This document shows positions 63,211-64,000 of a stretch of DNA of 64,000 bases, piece after piece (position 1 is the first letter of the stretch; each line of letters starts with the position of its first letter). The position numbers and the translations under genes are program-made. This stretch comes from an uncultured Candidatus Saccharibacteria bacterium. Lineage in GTDB: Bacteria; Patescibacteriota; Saccharimonadia; Saccharimonadales; Saccharimonadaceae. The notes under the pieces were generated by a model, which ran no database searches, was not told the DNA's origin, and saw nothing but the letters and a program-made list of their open reading frames with translations. Location: contig CAZNHZ010000002.1 in the NCBI GenBank assembly GCA_964573015.1, positions 66,144 to 130,143 on the forward strand, given 5' to 3'.

Positions 63211-63240
63211 ATTGTAGCATGAGCGTTTCAGGGGCGTCAA
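63211..63240 (-). promoter_or_regulatory. Sigma-70-type promoter immediately upstream of the 377-aa gene (leaderless configuration)
   Basis: On the minus strand: TTGACG (63240-63235), an 18-nt spacer, TACAAT (63216-63211), then 7 nt (ttctctt), then the ATG at 63203. Confidence 0.5.
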
Positions 63241-63434
63241 CAAATAAACCTCGCAGCGGTTATCTGTTTGGGTGATTCGCCTTTGTGCAGTACTAGATGT
63301 GGTGGAGAGTGTGGTAGTAAAACGCTAGGCGACTCCTTGGCGATCGGCCGAGCTTAGTGTAAAACAAAACTCCTGCGGCGTTTGCGGGGCAAATCGGGTC
63401 AGGAGTAATGCAGTATGTAAACGACTCATATGAC

Positions 63435-64000
63435 TTAGAATGTAGCCGTACAGATATAAGTTAGGGTTGACGTGTAGGTACCGGCTGGTTGGCTACCGGG
63501 GACGTTGGCGATGTAAGATACGGTATAGATTTGGGCGTCGGTCGGCTCGGGATTGCCGGTGGCGTCGTAATTACTATCAGCTACGATATCACCGGTGACG
63601 AATTTGAATGTGTCAGCTAACGCATAGTCAGCAGTCGCCCGGCCGTTGAGATTGCTGCCGTTGCTGGCTAGATCGATTGTGGCGCTGATGGCTGGGGCAG
63701 TGCCTGGAAAGCCGGGAGCTGCCGCTGCGGAATTAGTCGTCAGATTGAGCCCAAACTGCGCGACACCTTTGGTGCTGGCCGATGGTGTCGTAATACCGGG
63801 TATGGTATTAAAACCGCTCGTCAGTGTCGGTCCGTTGACCGTTATGGCGTAGCCTGAGCCGGCATTGGTGGTCGCCGCCATTTTGCTGATGGCCATGGCT
63901 GTGTCGGTTGAGCTAAATAGCCGGTCAAACCAGATGAGACCGCTGGTAGCTGTTGAGCAATCTGGCACACCGGATGTTTTTGATATGTTTGCTCCCGTAC
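63435..64000 (-). CDS. Paralogue of the 377-aa WxL/SCPU-like subunit, 5' end beyond the window
   Basis: The frame stays open upstream of the track start to the window edge (...TGANISKTSGVPDCSTATSG...). The C-terminus QIYTVSYIANVPGSQPAGTYTSTLTYICTATF parallels the neighbour. Confidence 0.65.
   Translation of the reverse strand, partial: TGANISKTSGVPDCSTATSGLIWFDRLFSSTDTAMAISKMAATTNAGSGYAITVNGPTLTSGFNTIPGITTPSASTKGVAQFGLNLTTNSAAAAPGFPGTAPAISATIDLASNGSNLNGRATADYALADTFKFVTGDIVADSNYDATGNPEPTDAQIYTVSYIANVPGSQPAGTYTSTLTYICTATF

Noticed and set aside
1-64000. Scan for CRISPR arrays, IS elements or transposases, integrases, phage genes, restriction-modification or toxin-antitoxin/defence genes, rRNA, and alternative genetic code (UGA recoding)
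   Set aside because: I saw no regularly spaced direct repeats and no transposase, integrase or phage-like ORFs. TGA terminates well-conserved genes (for example zwf at 38612-38614 and GT2 at 9649-9651), so code 25 is unlikely. The absence is by eye only and should be confirmed with dedicated tools.

Overview
This 64-kb window looks like chromosome from a small-genome, monoderm-style bacterium. Gene content resembles Saccharibacteria/CPR and the standard code applies, with TGA used as a stop. The taxon call is inference only. The window falls into three blocks.

(i) 1-27.8 kb is a cell-envelope glycan super-locus.
- It supplies GDP-mannose and GDP-D-rhamnose (gmd, Nudix, rmd-like, manC) and carries galE and glmS.
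- It has a Wzm/Wzt ABC exporter whose Wzt carries a C-terminal glycan-binding domain, next to a coiled-coil methyltransferase.
- It has at least 9 glycosyltransferases and a GtrB-like / flippase / GT-C-like trio.
- It has a WbaP-like initiating phosphoglycosyltransferase and a Wzy/O-antigen-ligase-like protein.
- It also encodes a secreted protein with three 137-aa repeats.

(ii) 28-45 kb holds mixed functions.
- Envelope and regulation: a 1202-aa SGNH-esterase surface protein, a GtrA-like protein, a LexA-DNA-binding-domain-only protein and tRNA-Asn.
- Heat shock: two perfect CIRCE operators embedded in the promoters of an N-domain-less clpB and of hsp20.
- A 560-nt structured non-coding stretch containing a tRNA-like relic.
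- Central metabolism: zwf, eno, a 2-hydroxyacid-dehydrogenase::phosphoglycerate-mutase fusion, ppsA and a rhodanese.

(iii) 45.3-64 kb is the most interesting part. It holds two convergent, abutting surface-appendage operons.
- The + strand operon encodes TasA/bundling-pilus-like subunits with SipW-cognate-type signal peptides and a dedicated SipW-class signal peptidase.
- The 13.9-kb - strand operon encodes WxL/SCPU-like subunits, a membrane-anchored two-domain beta-sandwich (WxLIP-like) protein, a PKD protein, a 1061-aa CBM-bearing fibre-like protein and a 1890-aa Kelch/Gly-rich giant.

I saw no CRISPR array, IS element, integrase, rRNA or recognisable defence genes. Several apparent frameshifts at homopolymers could be assembly errors.
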